64,000 nt of DNA from the NCBI GenBank assembly GCA_963754315.1, contig CAVWFS010000008.1:608001-672000 (forward strand). The letters run 5' to 3'. The notes beneath the pieces are model-generated. The model was not told where the DNA came from. It saw nothing but the letters and a program-made list of their open reading frames with translations, and made no database searches. Source of the stretch: an uncultured Candidatus Rokubacteria bacterium. GTDB taxonomy: Bacteria; Methylomirabilota; Methylomirabilia; Rokubacteriales; CSP1-6. The translations under genes were made by a program, and so were the position numbers. The number at the start of each line of letters is the position of its first letter. Position 1 is the first letter of the stretch. Positions 49,323 to 60,109 of the stretch are shown piece after piece.

Positions 49323-50432
49323 ATGAAGATCACCGACGTCACCCTCACCCTGTTTGCGTGGACCGGCATTCCTCCCACCACCTACGGCCGACACACCGGC
49401 AAGTTCAGTGGCCAGAGCCAGATCGGGCTCTTGCGAGTGAGCACCGACGCCGGCATCGAGGGACACGCGTTCCTCGGTTCGGCTCAGCGCAGCGCCGAAT
49501 TCGACGGCGCGTCATTGATCCACTACTTGAAGCCTATCGTCGTGGGGCAGGATCCGCTGGATCGCGAGCGTCTGTGGCAGGCCCTGTGGTCGCGCAATCG
49601 CAACACCACCTTGCGGGCCATCGGGGCAGTGGACGTCGCGCTGTGGGACATCGCGGGCAAGGTGGCGGGGCTCCCCATCCACAAGCTGCTCGGGTCCTAC
49701 CGCGATCGGGTGCCGGCGTACGCCAGCTCCGCCGTCCTTGCCTCCAAGGAGGCCTATGCCGACGAGGCGGTGCGGTTCAAGTCCCAGGGCTGGACGGCCT
49801 ACAAGATCCATCCGCCCACCGACCCCAAGGTCGACATCGAGGTGTGCCGCGCAGTGCGGGCAGCGGTGGGCGACGAGTTCACGGTCATGCTCGATTCCAC
49901 CTGGGCCTACCAGTACCCCGAGGCCCTGCGCGTGGGTCAAGCCACCGAGGAGCTGGGCTTCCACTGGTACGAGGATCCGCTGGCCGACGACGACCTGTAC
50001 AACTACGTGAAGCTCAAGCAGCAGCTGCATATCCCCATCCTGGCCACCGAGTACACCCCGGGTGGTTTCACCGCGTACGCGCCCTGGCTGACCGCTCGCG
50101 CCACCGATTACCTGCGTGGCGACGTGGCCGTGAAGGGCGGCATCACACCGCTGGTGAAGACCGCGCACCTGGCCGAGGCGTTCCACATGAACTTCGAGCT
50201 TCACCATGGGGGCAACTCCCTCAACAACGTGGCGAACATTCACGTGATCATGGCCATCAAGAACTGCGAGTTCTTCGAGGTGCTGCTGCCGGCGGGCGCC
50301 CAGAAGTACGGGCTCGTCGAGGACATCGAGGTCGATTCGCAGGGTCTGGTGCACGCCATGAACGAGCCGGGGCTGGGAGCGGCCATCGACTTTGCCCTCG
50401 TCGAGCGAAACAAGACGACCGTCCTCTCGTGA
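49323..50432 (+). CDS. mandelate racemase/muconate lactonizing enzyme family
   Basis: DVALWDIAGK, YKIH, MLD, YEDP, ATE motifs. Confidence 0.9.
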   Translation: MKITDVTLTLFAWTGIPPTTYGRHTGKFSGQSQIGLLRVSTDAGIEGHAFLGSAQRSAEFDGASLIHYLKPIVVGQDPLDRERLWQALWSRNRNTTLRAIGAVDVALWDIAGKVAGLPIHKLLGSYRDRVPAYASSAVLASKEAYADEAVRFKSQGWTAYKIHPPTDPKVDIEVCRAVRAAVGDEFTVMLDSTWAYQYPEALRVGQATEELGFHWYEDPLADDDLYNYVKLKQQLHIPILATEYTPGGFTAYAPWLTARATDYLRGDVAVKGGITPLVKTAHLAEAFHMNFELHHGGNSLNNVANIHVIMAIKNCEFFEVLLPAGAQKYGLVEDIEVDSQGLVHAMNEPGLGAAIDFALVERNKTTVLS

Positions 50433-51334
50433 CGGGTGACGCGGCCGGCCGCCGGATCGTCGATTCGCACCACCATATCTGGCGACTGAGCGATCTTCCC
50501 TGGCTGAGCGGCCCGCCGGTGCCGCGCATCTTCGGGGACTACCAGGCCATGCGCCGCGACTATCTCATCGACGACTACCTGGCCGACACCAAGGGCGCGG
50601 GTGTCGTGAAGTCTGTCTACGTCCAGACCAATTGGCCGACCGAGCGCCACCTCGAGGAAGTGGCCTGGGTGCAGTCGGTGGCCGACGGCCATGGTTACCC
50701 GCACGCGATCGTGGGGTTCGCCGATCTCACCTGGCCCGACGTGGGAGCGCGGCTCGACACCATGCGCATCCACCCGAACCTCAGGGGGATCCGTCAGCAG
50801 CTGCACTGGCACACCAACGAGCGGTATCGCTTCGCCTCCCGGCCCGATCTCATGAACGATCCGGGCTGGCGCCGCGGCCTGGTCGAGGTAGGTCGGCGTG
50901 GCCTCGTCTTCGAGCTACAGGTGTTCGCGAGCCAGATGGCGGACAGCGCCCGACTGGCTCGCGACCACCCGCACATCACGTTCGTCCTCATGCACGCCGG
51001 GATGCTCGAGGATCGAAGCCCTCAGGGGTGGGCAAGGTGGCGTCAGGGGATGCGTGATCTCGCCGGCTGTCCCAACGTGTTTGTGAAGCTTTCGGGGCTG
51101 GGGACCTTCGAGCACCGGTGCTCGGTCGATCTCTGGCGGCCCGTGATCGAGGAGACGCTCGGCCTGTTCGGGCCGCGTCGCTGCATGTTCGGGAGCAACG
51201 TCCCCGTGGAGATGCTGTGGACGGCCTATGCCGACATCGTCGCCGTGATGGGCGAGTGCCTCGCGTCTCTCAGCGAAGCTGAGCGGACGCTCGTATGGCA
51301 CGACACGGCGGCGAGGGTTTACCACCTGGACTGA
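50429..51334 (+). CDS. amidohydrolase_2 family (sugar-lactonase-like)
   Basis: DSHHHIW, KLSG, MFGSN; GTG overlaps the upstream stop. Confidence 0.85.
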   Translation: MTGDAAGRRIVDSHHHIWRLSDLPWLSGPPVPRIFGDYQAMRRDYLIDDYLADTKGAGVVKSVYVQTNWPTERHLEEVAWVQSVADGHGYPHAIVGFADLTWPDVGARLDTMRIHPNLRGIRQQLHWHTNERYRFASRPDLMNDPGWRRGLVEVGRRGLVFELQVFASQMADSARLARDHPHITFVLMHAGMLEDRSPQGWARWRQGMRDLAGCPNVFVKLSGLGTFEHRCSVDLWRPVIEETLGLFGPRRCMFGSNVPVEMLWTAYADIVAVMGECLASLSEAERTLVWHDTAARVYHLD

Positions 51335-51413
51335 GCTGATCGCTTGATTTAGCTCATCGTCTCGTCACCAGGATGTCGTGCGTTTGTCGCAGTGCGTCAG
51401 TACACTGATCAGC

Positions 51414-51914
51414 ATGGCGTACCAAGAGTTGCTCACGAAATCGGCAAAGCGCATCGCCCTGGTCGCCCACGACAACAAGAAGCAAGAGTTGCTGGAGTGG
51501 GCGCGCTTCAACCGGGAACTGCTGGCCGGCCACGAGCTCTACGCGACGGGTACGACGGGGCGCCTGCTGCGACAGACGCTGGGGCTCGAGGTGGTGCCCT
51601 TGCAGAGCGGCCCGCTGGGGGGTGACCAGCAGATCGGCAGCAAGGTCGTCGAAGGAGCCATCGACTTCCTGATCTTCTTCTGGGATCCCCTGGAACCACA
51701 GCCGCATGATCCGGACGTCAAGGCTCTCATTCGCATCGCGGTCGTCTGGAACATCCCGGTGGCGTGCAACCGCGCGTCGGCCGACTTCATGATCTCGTCA
51801 CCCCTGATGGCCAGCGAGTACACCCGGCTCGTGCCTGACTACGGCGCCGTCAGGCCCCGCACGGGAGGGCGGCGCGAACGGAGGCTACCAGGACCCACAA
51901 CGGATCCGACCTGA
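51414..51914 (+). CDS. mgsA: methylglyoxal synthase
   Basis: [36 protein letters not shown]. Confidence 0.95.
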   Translation: MAYQELLTKSAKRIALVAHDNKKQELLEWARFNRELLAGHELYATGTTGRLLRQTLGLEVVPLQSGPLGGDQQIGSKVVEGAIDFLIFFWDPLEPQPHDPDVKALIRIAVVWNIPVACNRASADFMISSPLMASEYTRLVPDYGAVRPRTGGRRERRLPGPTTDPT

Positions 51915-51915
51915 G

Positions 51916-52302
51916 TCAGGCCAGGGCGAGATCGGTGCGATTGAAATCGTCGCCGACGCAGAGGAGTGGCTGATTGGCAAGTTTGGCGACGGCGTAGGCG
52001 AGGCAGTCGCCGAAATTCAAGCCGGCCGCATGCCGGCCTTTGCCGAACCGACCATAGGCGTCGACGGCAGCCCGCCAGTGAGGCTCGCCGAAGGGAACGA
52101 CGGTGAGCGCCGCTTCCTGGAGAAGCCGCGCCAGGATGGGGCGAGCGTCGCGGCCTAGACGTGCACTGAGAACGATGCCGGTTTCCACGAGGGTGGGCGC
52201 ACCGATGCCGGCCTCGGCAGCGGCGGTGAGCTTGGCGACGACGGTCTGGTGACCGGGCTCCCGCAGCGCGATGGCGATCAGCGCTGATGCATCGACGATC
52301 AC
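51916..52302 (-). CDS. vapC: VapC toxin (PIN domain)
   Basis: MIVDASALIAI, GKGRH..LNFGDCLAYA, GDDF. Confidence 0.9.
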   Translation of the reverse strand: MIVDASALIAIALREPGHQTVVAKLTAAAEAGIGAPTLVETGIVLSARLGRDARPILARLLQEAALTVVPFGEPHWRAAVDAYGRFGKGRHAAGLNFGDCLAYAVAKLANQPLLCVGDDFNRTDLALA

Positions 52303-52574
52303 ACGCCGTGCTCGCCGTACCCGAGGATCCGTTCCCGTTCCCGACGGGAGAGGCGCTTGCCGAGGACGTGGCGAGGCACCTGGGGCCAGACCTCCTCCTC
52401 GAGGAACCGTACGAAGTCCGCCGCGCGGTCACGCGCGACGACGCGTAAGCGTAAGCGATCGCGCCGCTCTTGCAGAGCAACCCTGACCGCTTTCGTCTTG
52501 CTCTCTCCGGTGAGGGCGGCCACCTCGGCCGCCAGCTTCTCCGTCTGGGGATCCTTGATGTTCAAGGCCACCAC
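52299..52574 (-). CDS. vapB: VapB antitoxin (Rv0623-like)
   Basis: ALNIKDPQTEKLAAEVAALTGESKTKAVRVAL..ILGYGEHGV; GGAGG RBS. Confidence 0.85.
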   Translation of the reverse strand: MVALNIKDPQTEKLAAEVAALTGESKTKAVRVALQERRDRLRLRVVARDRAADFVRFLEEEVWPQVPRHVLGKRLSRRERERILGYGEHGV

Positions 52575-52633
52575 GCACCCTCCGAGGGTTGACTCGGTGC
52601 AATTATACGTTAACGGTGTAACGAACGTCTGGA

Positions 52634-54089
52634 TCACGCGTAGCCCGGAGGTGGCACGAAGGCCTGGTACTCGCGCTCGAGGAGCCGAGCGAAGGCAATG
52701 GTCGTCCGATCGCCATACTGCGGGCCCACGATCTGCACCCCCACCGGCAGGCCGCCGGGGGTGAGACCGGCTGGCGCCACCGTCGACGGCAGAAAGCACA
52801 TCCCCGAGTACCCGGCCCAGAACAGCTGATCGGTCGTGGGTACTTGCTTGCCGTTCACGCTGATGGTCCGCTCGTGTCGTTCGCCGACATGGTCGTGGGG
52901 GAAAGCGGCCGTCGATGCGACGGGGCAGAGGAGCAGGTCCCACTCCTTGAAGAACTCGGCCCACTTCCAGCGCATCTGGTGGCGTGCTTCGTTGGCGGCC
53001 AGCCAATCCCGATGATGCAGAGTGTTGGCGCGCATCATCTGCGCGAAGTAGCTCTCGTCGTCGGGCGCGAGGCCTCGGGTGACCTCGAGGTTGCGCGCGA
53101 ACTCCTCGGTTGACTGACGTGCCGACGTCGCCGCCCGCAGAAGTCGGATGTAGACGCGGTGAACCTCTCCCGTATCGAGATCCGGCCGTGCCCGATCGCT
53201 GATCCTGGCACCCTGGCTGGGCGAGGAAGTCGGCGAGGGCCTGGAGTCGGTCCTGCACCTCCGTGTCGACCTCGGCGTTGGGATCGGTCAGCATGACGGC
53301 CACTCGGTATTCGCGAAGGGCCTTGAGCCGAGGCGCGGGCAGCCGCAGCTGCCAGCCGGCGGCGTCGATTTCGTCGGCGCCCGCCATGACATCAAGAGCG
53401 AGGGCCAGATCGTCGGCGCTGCGGGCCATGGGGCCGATCACGGAGATGTCGCCTTGCGCGACCTTGCCGGGCAAAGCCTGGCCTCGCGGCGGCACGATGC
53501 CGTAGGTCGGCTTGTGGCCAAAGACTCCGCAATAGTGGGCCGGATTCCGGATCGACGAGCCGATGTCGCTGCCGGCCTCGAGACCCGTGAGCCCGGCGGC
53601 GAGGGCGGCCGCGGAGCCGCCAGAGGAGCCTCCGGGTGAGCGGGTCAGATCCCACGGATTGTTGGTGGTGCCGTAGATGGCGTTATAGCTCTGGTAGTCG
53701 GCCAGGTAGAGCGGCACGTTGGTCTTGCCGAACAGCACCACCCCCGCCGCCAGGAGGCGATCGACACCCAGCGCGTTTCGGTCGGGATAGTTATCCTTGA
53801 GCTCGGGAATTCCCCAGGTGGTAGGCAGTCCCACCACGTCGTAGGACTCCTTGATGGTCATCGGCACGCCGTGCAGCGGCCCCCAGCTCTCTCCGTTGGC
53901 GAGGGCGTGATCCGCGGCCTGGGCCCGCTTGCGCGCGCCCTCGAGGTCGGTCGCGATGATGGCGTTGAGCCGCGGGTTGTACTTCTCGACCCTCGCCACG
54001 TAGAGGTCGAGCAGTTCCTCGCAGCCGATCTTCTTTCGACGCAGCGCGGTGGCCAGTTGCTTGGCCGAACGAAACGGAACGTCGAGCAT
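52634..54089 (-). CDS. amidase signature enzyme (frameshift near 53215)
   Basis: GGSSGGS and GSDIGSSIRNPA; C-terminus GLPVGVQIVG in ORF 52634-53038. Confidence 0.88.
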
Positions 54090-54113
54090 GGTGTGTCCTT
54101 TCCGGGCGGCGGG

Positions 54114-55136
54114 TCAGGGCGACCGCTCGCTCACGCGGGGCGCGAGCGCGCGGGTGGCGGCCAGGATCACCTCGCGCTTGCGCTCCGGGGTTATTTCGGA
54201 CGAGGAGAACTGCAGGAAGGCCGTATCGATCCCGGCCGCGAGATAGCGCTGAACGCCGGCCCGAATCTCGTCCATCGAGCCGCGGATGATCAGCTCGCGC
54301 GCCACCTCGTCGGGAACGGCCTCCACCGCGCCCTTGCGATCCCCGCTCGCCCAGGCGTCCCACATGGGCGCCAGCAGCCGCCCGCGCCCCAGCCATTCCT
54401 GATAGGCCCGGTAGACGGGGACGTTGAGGTACGCGGTGATGTGGCGGCGCACGCCGACGTCCGCCGCCGGGCCCGGTGGATCGAGATTCACCATCAGCCG
54501 CGCCGTGATCTCGACGGCGTGGGGGTCACGGCCGGCCTTGGCGGCGGCCTCGCGCACCACCGACACTGCTTTGGGCACGTCGTCAGGGGAGAGCCAGTTG
54601 AGCACGACTCCGTCGCCCACCTCGCCCGCCACCCGCAGCATCCCCGGCCGCAGCGCGGCCACGTGGATGGGGACTGGTTGGGCCGGCGGCCGCGTCAGCC
54701 GGAAGCCGTCGACGGAAAACGTCTTGCCCTGGAACACCACACGGTCGCCGGTCAGCGCGGAGCGGAGGAACTGCACCATCTCGCGGACCCGGGTGGCGGG
54801 GCGGTCGAAGCGGCCGCCGTTCCAGGCTTCCACGATCGGCTCCGAACCGGCGCCCACCCCGAGGCAGAATCGTCCGGGCGCGATTTCCGCCATGCCGGCG
54901 GCCGTGATGGCGAGGGTGGCTGGTCCGCGCGTGAAGACGTTCGCGATCGCCGTGCCCACACGGAGGCCGGTCGTGTGCCCGACGACAGCAAGCGGCGTGA
55001 AGCAGTCCACCCCGTCGACCTCGAATGACCACGCGTCGGTATAACCCAGTTGCTCGGCCTCCCGCGCGATCGCGGCATGCTCGGCCAGGGTGAACGATTC
55101 GAGCGGAACAGAGAGCGACCACCGCTTCTGACCCAT
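54114..55136 (-). CDS. LLM-class (F420-dependent-type) flavin oxidoreductase
   Basis: Luciferase-like fold motifs GTAIANVFTR and IHVAALRPGML. Confidence 0.88.
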   Translation of the reverse strand: MGQKRWSLSVPLESFTLAEHAAIAREAEQLGYTDAWSFEVDGVDCFTPLAVVGHTTGLRVGTAIANVFTRGPATLAITAAGMAEIAPGRFCLGVGAGSEPIVEAWNGGRFDRPATRVREMVQFLRSALTGDRVVFQGKTFSVDGFRLTRPPAQPVPIHVAALRPGMLRVAGEVGDGVVLNWLSPDDVPKAVSVVREAAAKAGRDPHAVEITARLMVNLDPPGPAADVGVRRHITAYLNVPVYRAYQEWLGRGRLLAPMWDAWASGDRKGAVEAVPDEVARELIIRGSMDEIRAGVQRYLAAGIDTAFLQFSSSEITPERKREVILAATRALAPRVSERSP

Positions 55137-55223
55137 CCGGCCCCGCCTCCCCCGGCGGTGATATGCTCCCCGATGGCTGGGCCATCGGACCCGGCCATTA
55201 TCATCCAGTCAGGGGAGAGGGCA

Positions 55224-56255
55224 ATGAGGCTCGGGATCATTGGCGCCGGCGCTATCGGTTCGGTCGTGGGCGGGATGCTCACCAAGGCGGGTCACGACGT
55301 GACGTTCATCGATCAATGGCCAGACCACGTGGAGGCCCTCAAGAAGGTCGGGCTCCGTCTGAGCGGGACGTGCGGAGAGCACCTCATCCCGGTGAAAGCG
55401 CTCAACATCTACGAGGTCCAGAGCCTCGCCCAGCCGTTCGACGCTGTCTTCATCGCGGTCAAGTCCTACGACACCGAGTGGGCTACGCATCTCGGGCTGG
55501 CGTACCTCAAGAAGCCCGACGGGGTGGTGGTGGACTTCCAGAACGGCATCAACGACGAGCGAGTGGCCGCCATCGCGGGCAAGGAGCGAACACTCGGGTG
55601 CGTCATCACCATCAGCGCCGGAATGTACGAGCCCGGTCATGCCATCCGGACCGACACGGGCGCCATCGGGTTCAAGATCGGTGAGCACGACGGTCAGGAG
55701 ACGCCGCGCGCGCGAGCGCTGGTGGAAGCCATGAACGCGGTGGCTCCCACCAAGCTGACCACCAACCTCTGGGGGGAGCGGTGGTCGAAGCTGGCCATCA
55801 ACTGCATGGTCAATGCTATCTGCGGCCTGAGTGGGCTCGGTTCGATGGAGGCGCGGACGGATCCGGAGATCCAGCTCATGTCCATCCAGCTCGGCTCCGA
55901 GGTCATCCAGGTGGGCCGCGCCTGCGGTCACGAGGTCGAGCCGATCTACGGTATCACGGCTCAGCGCTTCGTCGATGCGGCGGCCGGGCGAGGGGTCACG
56001 GAGATCCAGGCCGACATGTCCGCCGTCGGCAAGAGTCGCAGCGGCGGACGTCCCTCCATGCTGCAGGACGTGATGCGAAGGCGCCGCACCGAGATCGACT
56101 ATCTCAACGGCTACGTCGCCGAGCAGGGGCGGCGGGTCGGGGTGAAGACTCCATTCAACGACGCGGTGGTCGACCTGATGAACAGCTTCCCGGTCGGCAC
56201 CCTGACACCAGACCGCAAGAACCTGGAACCGCTCGTACGGCGCCTGCCGCGGTAG
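55224..56255 (+). CDS. ketopantoate reductase family protein
   Basis: GAGAIG, AVKSYD, QNG, WSKLAIN, SMLQD..TEIDYLNG. Confidence 0.88.
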   Translation: MRLGIIGAGAIGSVVGGMLTKAGHDVTFIDQWPDHVEALKKVGLRLSGTCGEHLIPVKALNIYEVQSLAQPFDAVFIAVKSYDTEWATHLGLAYLKKPDGVVVDFQNGINDERVAAIAGKERTLGCVITISAGMYEPGHAIRTDTGAIGFKIGEHDGQETPRARALVEAMNAVAPTKLTTNLWGERWSKLAINCMVNAICGLSGLGSMEARTDPEIQLMSIQLGSEVIQVGRACGHEVEPIYGITAQRFVDAAAGRGVTEIQADMSAVGKSRSGGRPSMLQDVMRRRRTEIDYLNGYVAEQGRRVGVKTPFNDAVVDLMNSFPVGTLTPDRKNLEPLVRRLPR

Positions 56256-56281
56256 GAGCACAACAAGCGAGGAGGCCCTTC

Positions 56282-56671
56282 ATGCTGGGCGATGTCATCG
56301 AGCTCTCCGTGGTCGTGCGCGACATCGAGGCGGCCATCGAGCGGTACACACGGCTCTTCAAGCTCAAGGTGCATCATCGGGGGGAGTCGAAGGAGTTCGG
56401 CTTCAAGAACGCGATCCTGCCCCTCGGCCGCGGCCACATCGAGCTCCTGCAGCCGACCGATCCGACGAAGGCGATCGGGCGCTTCCTCGAGAAGAACGGG
56501 GAGGGCGTTTACCTGGTCGGGTTCGACTGCGAGGACATCCCCGGCTCGGTAGCCCATCTGAAGGGGCAGGGCGCCAAGGTGGACGACCGGCAGGCGGAGG
56601 TCGTGTGGGTGCATCCTCGCGAGGCACATGGACTCTTCGTCGAGCTGCGGAAGCCCGAGAAGTACGCCTAG
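56282..56671 (+). CDS. VOC-family protein (methylmalonyl-CoA epimerase-like)
   Basis: IELLQP..IGRFLEKNGEG, HPREAHGLFVEL. Confidence 0.82.
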   Translation: MLGDVIELSVVVRDIEAAIERYTRLFKLKVHHRGESKEFGFKNAILPLGRGHIELLQPTDPTKAIGRFLEKNGEGVYLVGFDCEDIPGSVAHLKGQGAKVDDRQAEVVWVHPREAHGLFVELRKPEKYA

Positions 56672-56673
56672 CA

Positions 56674-57822
56674 ATGACCACCTTTCGCTTCGATCTCCAC
56701 GACCTTCCGCCCGAGGCGGAGCGGCTGCGTAGCGAGGTACGGGACTTCCTTCGTCAGGAGCTCGCCCAGCGCGCGCCGCTCGATCGTGCTCCCTCGTGGG
56801 GTGGTTTCGACCGTGCATTTTCGCGGAAGGTCGGCGCGCGGGGGTGGATCGGGTTGACGTGGCCCAAGAAGTACGGCGGCCACGAGCGGAGCGCTCTCGA
56901 GCGTTACGTCGTCCTGGAGGAAATGCTGGCAGCCGGGGCCCCCGTCTCCGCCCACTGGATTGCCGACCGTCAGAGCGGTCCCATGCTGCTCCGCTTCGGC
57001 ACCGAAGAGCAGCGGCAGCGGTTCCTGCCCCGCATCGCGCGGGGCGAGCTGGCCTTCGCGATCGGCATGAGCGAGCCCGACTCCGGGTCGGACCTGGCCT
57101 CCGTCCGAACGCGCGCGGAGAAGGCCGAGGGTGGGTACAAGGTCAACGGGACCAAGGTGTGGACGAGCAATGCCCATCTCTCTGACTACATGATCGCCAC
57201 GTTCCGGACCCACGTGGATCCCGCCAACAAGCACGCGGGCCTCTCACAGTTCCTGGTCGACACCAAGACACCGGGCATCACCATCAGCCCCATCATCGAC
57301 CTCACCGGCAAGCACCACTTCAACGAGGTCGTCTTCGAGGACGCCTTCGTCCCCGAGGACATGCTGGTGGGCGAGGAGGGGGCGGGCTGGAAGCAAGTCA
57401 CCAACGAGCTGGCCTTCGAGCGCAGCGGGCCCGAGCGCTATCTGAGCAGCATGGCGCTGATCGTGGAGCTGATCCGCGCCGTTGGCCAGGAGCCCTCGGA
57501 GCGTGCCGCCGAGGTGGTCGGGCGGCTCACCGCCCAGCTGATCACCTTGCGCCAGATGTCGCTGTCGGTGGCAGCCATGCTCCAGGCCGGTGAGAATCCG
57601 AATCTGGAGGCCGCGGTGGTGAAGGACGTGGGCACGACGTTCGAGCAGTCGGTGCCGGAGATCGTGCATGCGCTGCTGGGGCTGGAGCCGAGCCTGACCG
57701 GGGAGAGCCATCTGCAGCGGGTCCTTGCCTACCTCACGCAGCAGGCACCCTCCTTCTCGCTGCGCGGCGGGACCCGCGAGATCCTCCGCGGCATCATCGC
57801 CCGGGGGCTTGGTCTTCGATGA
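56674..57822 (+). CDS. acyl-CoA dehydrogenase
   Basis: GMSEPDSGSDL, GTKVWTS, LRGGTREIL. Confidence 0.92.
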   Translation: MTTFRFDLHDLPPEAERLRSEVRDFLRQELAQRAPLDRAPSWGGFDRAFSRKVGARGWIGLTWPKKYGGHERSALERYVVLEEMLAAGAPVSAHWIADRQSGPMLLRFGTEEQRQRFLPRIARGELAFAIGMSEPDSGSDLASVRTRAEKAEGGYKVNGTKVWTSNAHLSDYMIATFRTHVDPANKHAGLSQFLVDTKTPGITISPIIDLTGKHHFNEVVFEDAFVPEDMLVGEEGAGWKQVTNELAFERSGPERYLSSMALIVELIRAVGQEPSERAAEVVGRLTAQLITLRQMSLSVAAMLQAGENPNLEAAVVKDVGTTFEQSVPEIVHALLGLEPSLTGESHLQRVLAYLTQQAPSFSLRGGTREILRGIIARGLGLR

Positions 57823-58877
57823 ACGAGACCCGGACTCTTCTCGCCGACACCGTCACCCGGATCCTTACCGACCTCGTCAGCAAGGAGCTCCTGGAGTCGG
57901 CCGAGCAGGGGACCTGGCCCGCCGGCCTCTGGCAGACGCTCGAGGAGAACGGGCTGACTCTTCCCCTGGTCCCCGAGGCGCGCGGGGGGGCTGGCCTCGG
58001 ATGGCAGGATGCCCACGTGATCCTCGAGGCAGCCGGCCGTCATGCCGTTCCAGCGCCGCTGGCCGAAACGATCATCGCGAGCTGGCTCCTCGCCGGCGCC
58101 GGTATCGACGTGCCCGATGGGCCTCTCACGATCGCGCCCGTCCAGCCGAACGAACAGTTTCGTCTCGTGCGCGCTGCGAATGGCTGGCGTCTCAGCGGGC
58201 GCGCCAGCCGGGTGCCCTGGGGCGCGTCGGCCCACCACATCGTGGCGGCGGGCGACGTGGACGGCCAGGTGACCATTGCCCTCGTCGCTGGCGGCCGCGC
58301 TCGAGCCACGACCGACCGCAACGTGGCGCTCGAGCCGAGAGATACGCTCGACTTCGACGACACGCCGGTGGAAGCGGCGGCCCCCGCCGCGAGGGGTATG
58401 CCCACGAACCCTATCTGGCTCTACGGCGCGCTGGCGCGTTCGGCGCAGATGGCCGGAGCGCTGCAATCGATTCTCGCGCAGGCGGTCCGCTACGCGACGG
58501 AACGGAAGCAGTTCGGCCGGAACATCGGCGCCTTTCAGGCGATCCAGCATCAGCTCGCCCTGCTGGCCGGCCACACAGCGGCCGCGGGGATGGCGGCTGC
58601 CCATGCGTGCCGAGCGGCCGAGCGCGGTGACCCGACACGGGAGGTCGCCGCCGCCAAGGTTCGTGTGGGCGAGGCCGCCGGGTTCGGGGCCGGAATTGCG
58701 CACCAGGTCCACGGTGCGATCGGATTCACCTACGAGCATAGCCTGCACTTCGCCACGCGACGTCTGTGGTCGTGGCGGGCGGAGTTCGGGGCGGAGAGCC
58801 ATTGGGCTGCTGCACTGGGCCGGTGCGTGGCGGAACGGGGCGCGGATCAGCTCTGGCCTGATCTCACCGCGCCCTGA
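57819..58877 (+). CDS. acyl-CoA dehydrogenase (second subunit of an adjacent pair)
   Basis: RKQFGRNIGAFQAIQH, QVHGAIGFTYEH; ATGA overlap. Confidence 0.88.
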   Translation: MNETRTLLADTVTRILTDLVSKELLESAEQGTWPAGLWQTLEENGLTLPLVPEARGGAGLGWQDAHVILEAAGRHAVPAPLAETIIASWLLAGAGIDVPDGPLTIAPVQPNEQFRLVRAANGWRLSGRASRVPWGASAHHIVAAGDVDGQVTIALVAGGRARATTDRNVALEPRDTLDFDDTPVEAAAPAARGMPTNPIWLYGALARSAQMAGALQSILAQAVRYATERKQFGRNIGAFQAIQHQLALLAGHTAAAGMAAAHACRAAERGDPTREVAAAKVRVGEAAGFGAGIAHQVHGAIGFTYEHSLHFATRRLWSWRAEFGAESHWAAALGRCVAERGADQLWPDLTAP

Positions 58878-58896
58878 GACCCCGGAGGAGGCAGAC

Positions 58897-60051
58897 GTGA
58901 AGTTTCCGTTGACCAAGGAGCAGCGCGATCTACAGGAGCGGGTGCAGACACTCGCGGACGGCGAGTTCCGTGAGCGGGCGGCGGGCTGGGACGAGCGTGA
59001 GGAGTACCCGTGGGAGAACGTGAAGACGCTCGTCAAGGAAGGTCTGATGGGCATGGCCATCCCGCGCGAGTACGGAGGGCAGGGGCGCGCCCTGCTCGAT
59101 GTCATCCTGGCCATCGAGACGGTCGCGCGCACGTGCGGAATCACCGGACGTCTCCTCGTGGACTCGAATCTCGGCCCGGTGGGGGCGATCGTCCACTACG
59201 GGAGCGAGGCGCAAAAGACGAAGTACCTCCCCCGCGTGGTGCAGGGCGACAAGCCGGCCATCGCCATCACCGAGCATCGGGCGGGCTCCGCCGCCTCCGA
59301 CATGGAGACGACCATCACGCCCGATGGTGACGCCTGGCTGCTCGACGGCTCCAAGCGCTGGATCACCGGCGCCGGTGTCTCGCAGACGTACGTCGTGTTC
59401 GGCCGCTTCGGAGGAATCCCGGGCGCGGCCGGGATCGGCGCCGTCATCGCCGAGGCGGGCATGACGGGCCTGAGCGTGGTGAAGCGCGAGAAAGCCATGG
59501 GCATGCGGGGCATTCCCGAGGGCGAGATGGTCTTCACCCGATGTCGCCTGCCGGGAGCGAACCTGCTCCTGCCGGCGGGTGGGTTCAAGAAGCTCATGGC
59601 CGCCTACAACGGCCAGCGTCTGGGAGCGGCCACCGTCGCGCTCGGGCTGGCCCAGGGGGCGTTCGAGCTCGCGGTGGCGTACGCGGGCACACGTGAGCAG
59701 TTCGGGCGCCCCATCGGCCGTTTCCAGGGGCTGCGCTGGCTGGTGGCAGACATGGGGATGCAGATCGAGGCGGTGCGCCAGATGATCTACCGAACCGCTG
59801 CCAATGCGGGCTCCGGGTTGCCCGATGTCACGGAGGCCGCCATGTGCAAGGTGATGGCGAGCGAGATGGCGGTCAAGGTCACCAACGATGCCCTGCAGAT
59901 GTTCGGCGCTACCGGATACTCACGCGAGATGCCCCTCGAGCGCATGGTGCGGGACGCCCGCATGTTCATGATCGCCGGGGGCACCGTGCAGACCCTGCGT
60001 AACGTGGTGGCCAACGCCATCCTTGGGCCCATGGGCCAGCGGGAGGGCTGA
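58897..60051 (+). CDS. acyl-CoA dehydrogenase
   Basis: AITEHRAGS, GSKRWIT, REQFGRPI, IAGGT; GGAGG RBS. Confidence 0.88.
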   Translation: MKFPLTKEQRDLQERVQTLADGEFRERAAGWDEREEYPWENVKTLVKEGLMGMAIPREYGGQGRALLDVILAIETVARTCGITGRLLVDSNLGPVGAIVHYGSEAQKTKYLPRVVQGDKPAIAITEHRAGSAASDMETTITPDGDAWLLDGSKRWITGAGVSQTYVVFGRFGGIPGAAGIGAVIAEAGMTGLSVVKREKAMGMRGIPEGEMVFTRCRLPGANLLLPAGGFKKLMAAYNGQRLGAATVALGLAQGAFELAVAYAGTREQFGRPIGRFQGLRWLVADMGMQIEAVRQMIYRTAANAGSGLPDVTEAAMCKVMASEMAVKVTNDALQMFGATGYSREMPLERMVRDARMFMIAGGTVQTLRNVVANAILGPMGQREG

Positions 60052-60109
60052 GAGCCGCCATCGAGTTCGTCAACTTCCGAGCACGAGATCAACGAAAGGA
60101 GCAACCACC

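Noticed and set aside
52299..54089. Amidase-VapB fusion (596-aa ORF)
   Set aside because: Artefact of the amidase frameshift; VapB has its own RBS and start, and the amidase C-terminus is in another frame
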